Part shown: piece by piece, positions 60,686-64,000 of the stretch
How the letters are laid out: each line of letters opens with the position of its first letter
Numbering within the stretch: position 1 is the stretch's first letter
Assembly (NCBI GenBank): GCA_002269645.1
Contig: NIVC01003534.1
Span: 1-64,000, forward strand
Source: Macrostomum lignano
Taxonomy: Eukaryota
Length of the DNA: 64,000 nt
Direction: 5' to 3'
Position numbers and translations under genes: made by a program
Notes under the pieces: model-generated
The model's database searches: none
Seen by the model: only the letters and a program-made list of their open reading frames with translations
Told to the model about the DNA's origin: nothing

Positions 60686-60800
60686 TTTGGCTAGTTGGTT
60701 GCCGAAGAATATATATGGGGCACCTGAGTAGTAGTACATGTGAATGTAAGATCGCAGGGCTCTGCAGTTTATTAACACTGCAAATGGCTTGCTTCCACAG

Positions 60801-60995
60801 GACATTCTAGACACCCTGCTAGCCGCTGGTGCCAGCATCCTAACCAGCGACCACAGCGACAGCCCGACAGGCGCCAAGCTGCAGCAGCACGCGCTGGCTA
60901 TCGTGGAGCTGCTGGGGGCCTGCCGGCTGACCAGCAACCAGGCTGAGAGCCTCCTGCAGATGGCTCGGGCAGACGGACTGACGCCCGCCTGTCGA
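60801..60995 (+). CDS. LYST: LYST exon 12
   Basis: TTCCACAG| phase 0; CGA|GTGAGT phase 0. Confidence 0.82.
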
Positions 60996-61238
60996 GTGAG
61001 TGTTTGAAAATACTTAAATCATTGTTTTTAAGGTTTTTATGTAGAATTTTAAAAGTACATTTCATTAAAGTACATTTGAATTGAAAAAAGTACTTTTGAT
61101 GAAAAGTATAGCACTTAGATACAAAAGGAATCTATAAATTGAAGTTTCTTGTAAGTATTTCATATAAGAGTGCACTTCATTCTAAAGTGCATTTCCTATA
61201 AAAGTGCACCTGTCATCTCCCGCCTGTTCCTACCACAG

Positions 61239-61542
61239 TCTGTGCTGTTCCGTACCCTGACCCAGCTGGCCAAGTCGATGCGGGTGGCTCCGGCCAGTTC
61301 GCTGCGATTCCCGATCACTCCGGCCACCCCGGCAGCCGCCGCGGCCGCTGCTGCCGCTGCCGACTCGCAAGAGGCCGGCGCCGCCGGTCGGCTAGCGAAG
61401 CATCACGCTCTGGGGCTGCCGATCCGGCACGAGCTGGGACACCACGTGTGGCCGGCCAGCACCCAGTCGGGGTTCACCCTGTCATTCTGGATTCGGCTGG
61501 CCAGCCGCGGCGGCTGGCGGGCTCAGAGGCATCTGTACACTA
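61239..61542 (+). CDS. LYST: LYST exon 13 (start of ConA/laminin-G-like region); gene continues beyond the window
   Basis: TACCACAG| phase 0; VWPASTQSGFTLSFWIRL matches the WP..GFT.S.W motif of BEACH proteins; A|GTGAGT phase 1; about 1490 codons summed to this point. Confidence 0.85.
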
Positions 61543-61790
61543 GTGAGTAGTTTGCCTTGTGCCATCTGTACACTAGTGAGTAGTTTGCCTTGTGCCATCT
61601 GTACACTAGTGAGTAGTTTGCCTTGTGCCATCTGTACACTAGTGAGTAGTTTGCCTTGTGCCATCTGTACACTAGTGAGTAGTTGGCCTTGTGCCATCTG
61701 TACACTAGTGAGTAGTTGGCCTTGTGCCATCTGTACACTAGTGAGTAGTTTGCCTTGTGCCATCTGTACACTAGTGAGTAGTTTGCCTTG
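61529..61790. repeat. 33-bp minisatellite, 8 copies, overlapping the exon 13 donor
   Basis: CATCTGTACACTAGTGAGTAGTTTGCCTTGTGC. Confidence 0.97.
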
Positions 61791-62108
61791 GTCTTGTGCC
61801 AACTGGAAGTTGATTTTTCATTTTGGCCTTGTAATAACAGTTATATTAATTGATCCCACCTGCCCCAATTGGGCCAGATGTGCAGCCGACAGCTTACACT
61901 CGGCAACATGTTAAAGTTTCCACTTCCTAAGCCAGCTGAGAACTGAGAGTGACAGCTTTAATCCAACTCCTAGCCATAACTCTCCACTGTCTCCTCACCA
62001 GCCTAGGCTGTGGCCTTGTGATAGAAATTGCATCTCCGACATCTCATGCCTCCGAGACTTATGTTTAGCAGCCTAACCCTAACCCTAACCAGCTCTAACT
62101 CTAAGTTT

Positions 62109-62666
62109 GTCGGAGATATGAAGTGTCGGAGATATGAAATGTCGGAGATATGAAGTGTCGGAGATATGAAGTGTCGGAGATATGAAGTATCGGAGATATG
62201 AAGTGTCGGAGATATGAAATGTCGGAGATATGAAATGTCGGAGATATGAGGTGTCGGAGATATGAAATGTCGGAGATATGAAGTGTCGGAGATATTAATT
62301 GTGGAAGATATGAAGTGTGGAAGATATGAAGTGTGGAAGATATGAAGTGTGGAAGATATGAAGTGTGGAAGATATGAAGTGTGGAAGATATGAAGTGTCG
62401 GAGATATGAAGCGTCGGAGATATGAAGTGTCGGAGATATTAATTGTCGGAGATATGAATTGCGGAAGATATGAAGTGTCGGAGATATGAAGTGTCTGAGA
62501 GATGAAGTGTCGGAGATATTAATTGTCGGAGATATGAATTGCGGAAGATATGAAGTGTCGGAGATATGAAGTGTCTGAGAGATGAAGTGTCGGAGAGATG
62601 AAGTGTCGGAGATATGAAGTGTCGGAGAGATGAAGTGTCGGAGATATGAAGTGTCGGAGATATGAA
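62109..62666. repeat. 16-bp minisatellite, ~35 copies
   Basis: GTCGGAGATATGAAGT. Confidence 0.95.
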
Positions 62667-63225
62667 TGGAGGCTGGAAGAAATAAGCCCCCCCTCTCGCG
62701 TTGAATGTATTTAACACTGATTTAAAGATCAGGAGGGGTTGATAGATAATAAATTTGAGAAAATACGTCACGTACAATGACTACATTGCAATGATTTCGA
62801 TATTAAAGCATCGCGGGAGAAAAACTGCTAAAAATAGCTCGTATATTATATTATTTTATCTGCGTGACTTCTGTCTCCCCTCCAGCTTGTCTTATCTTTC
62901 GTTTCTGATTGGCTGGTTCATTATTTCTTATCAAAGGGCCTCCAGCGCCAACCCGCTTTTGGCCCCTGTCCAATCCCAATTTATTCACGGCATAAATTGG
63001 GGCCATAGTCTCGAGATTTCGGCCCCCTGCCTTTTCCAAAATTTATCTGCATTTTCACTGTGAATTGACCTTGAATAATGACCTTGAAAAGTTATTTTTA
63101 GCACTAACCTAGCAGCTTGGAGTATTCCCGTTTTAATTTGACTCTGAGGGAAATGACTTTGTCAGAGTTTGTGGGCTGCTGCTGATGCTGAAATGGTGCT
63201 CATTTGTTCGGCTTGCAACTTGATG

Positions 63226-64000
63226 ATCAGGAGTTTAGGGGCGAATGATCAGGAGTTTAGGGGCGAATGATCAGGAGTTTAGGGGCGAATGATCAGGAGT
63301 TTAGGGGCGAATGATCAGGAGTTTAGGGGCGAATGATCAAGAGTTGAAGGGCGGATGATCAGGAGTTTAGGGGCGGATGATCAGGGGTTTAGGGGCGGAT
63401 GATCATGAGTTGAGGGGCGGATGATCAGGAGTTGAGGGCGGATGATCAGGAGTTGAGGGGCGGATGATCAGGAGTTGAGGGGCGGATGATCAGAAGTTGA
63501 GGGGCGGATGATCAGGAGTTGAGGGGCGGATGATCAGGAATTGAGGGGCGGACGATCAGGAGTTGAGGGGCGGATGATCAGAAGTTGAGGGGCGGATGAT
63601 CAGGAGTTGAGGGGCGGATGATCAGGAGTTGAGGGGCGGATGATCAGGAGTTGAGGGGCGGATGATCAGAAGTTGAGGGGCGGATGATCAGGAGTTGAGG
63701 GGCGGATGATCAAGAGTTGAAGGGCGGATGATCAGGAGTTTAGGGGCGGATGATCAGGGGTTTAGGGGCGGATGATCATGAGTTGAGGGGCGGATGATCA
63801 GGAGTTGAGGGCGGAGGGTCAGAAGTTGAGGGGCGGATGATCAGGAGTTGAGGGGCGGATGATCAAGAGTTGAAGGGCGGATGATCAGGAGTTTAGGGGC
63901 GGATGATCAGGGGTTTAGGGGCGGATGATCAGGAGTTGAGGGGCGGATGATCAGAAGTTGAGGGGCGGATGATCAGGAGTTGAGGGGCGGATGATCAAGA
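63226..64000. repeat. 22-bp minisatellite running off the right edge
   Basis: GATCAGGAGTT(T/G)AGGGGCG(A/G)AT. Confidence 0.95.

Overview
Eukaryotic (metazoan) genomic DNA. The GC-rich poly-Ala/Gln/His coding sequence and minisatellite-packed introns resemble the flatworm Macrostomum lignano (inference only). Three zones. (1) 1-~21 kb is a dense, nested transposon cluster: two Harbinger families, piggyBac, three Ty3/gypsy families, a DIRS/Ngaro-like gag fragment, a MITE and one intact Tc1/IS630-like transposase. A chimeric ~3.7 kb cassette occurs twice in direct orientation (offset ~5634) and partly a third time inverted. (2) ~21-47 kb holds a minus-strand SoxB1 gene that appears to have a long 5' coding exon spliced onto the HMG exon, followed by ~19 kb of non-coding DNA broken up by many tandem arrays. 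(3) 48-64 kb holds the first 13 coding exons of a plus-strand LYST (beige/CHS1) gene, reconstructed with consistent splice phases; 11 of its 13 introns carry a different tandem array. The most unusual signal is the word RCCATAGACW/GTCTATGG: 19 exact 8-mer hits in the first 20.6 kb, in the 5'/terminal regions of at least six unrelated transposon families, and none seen by eye in the remaining 43 kb.
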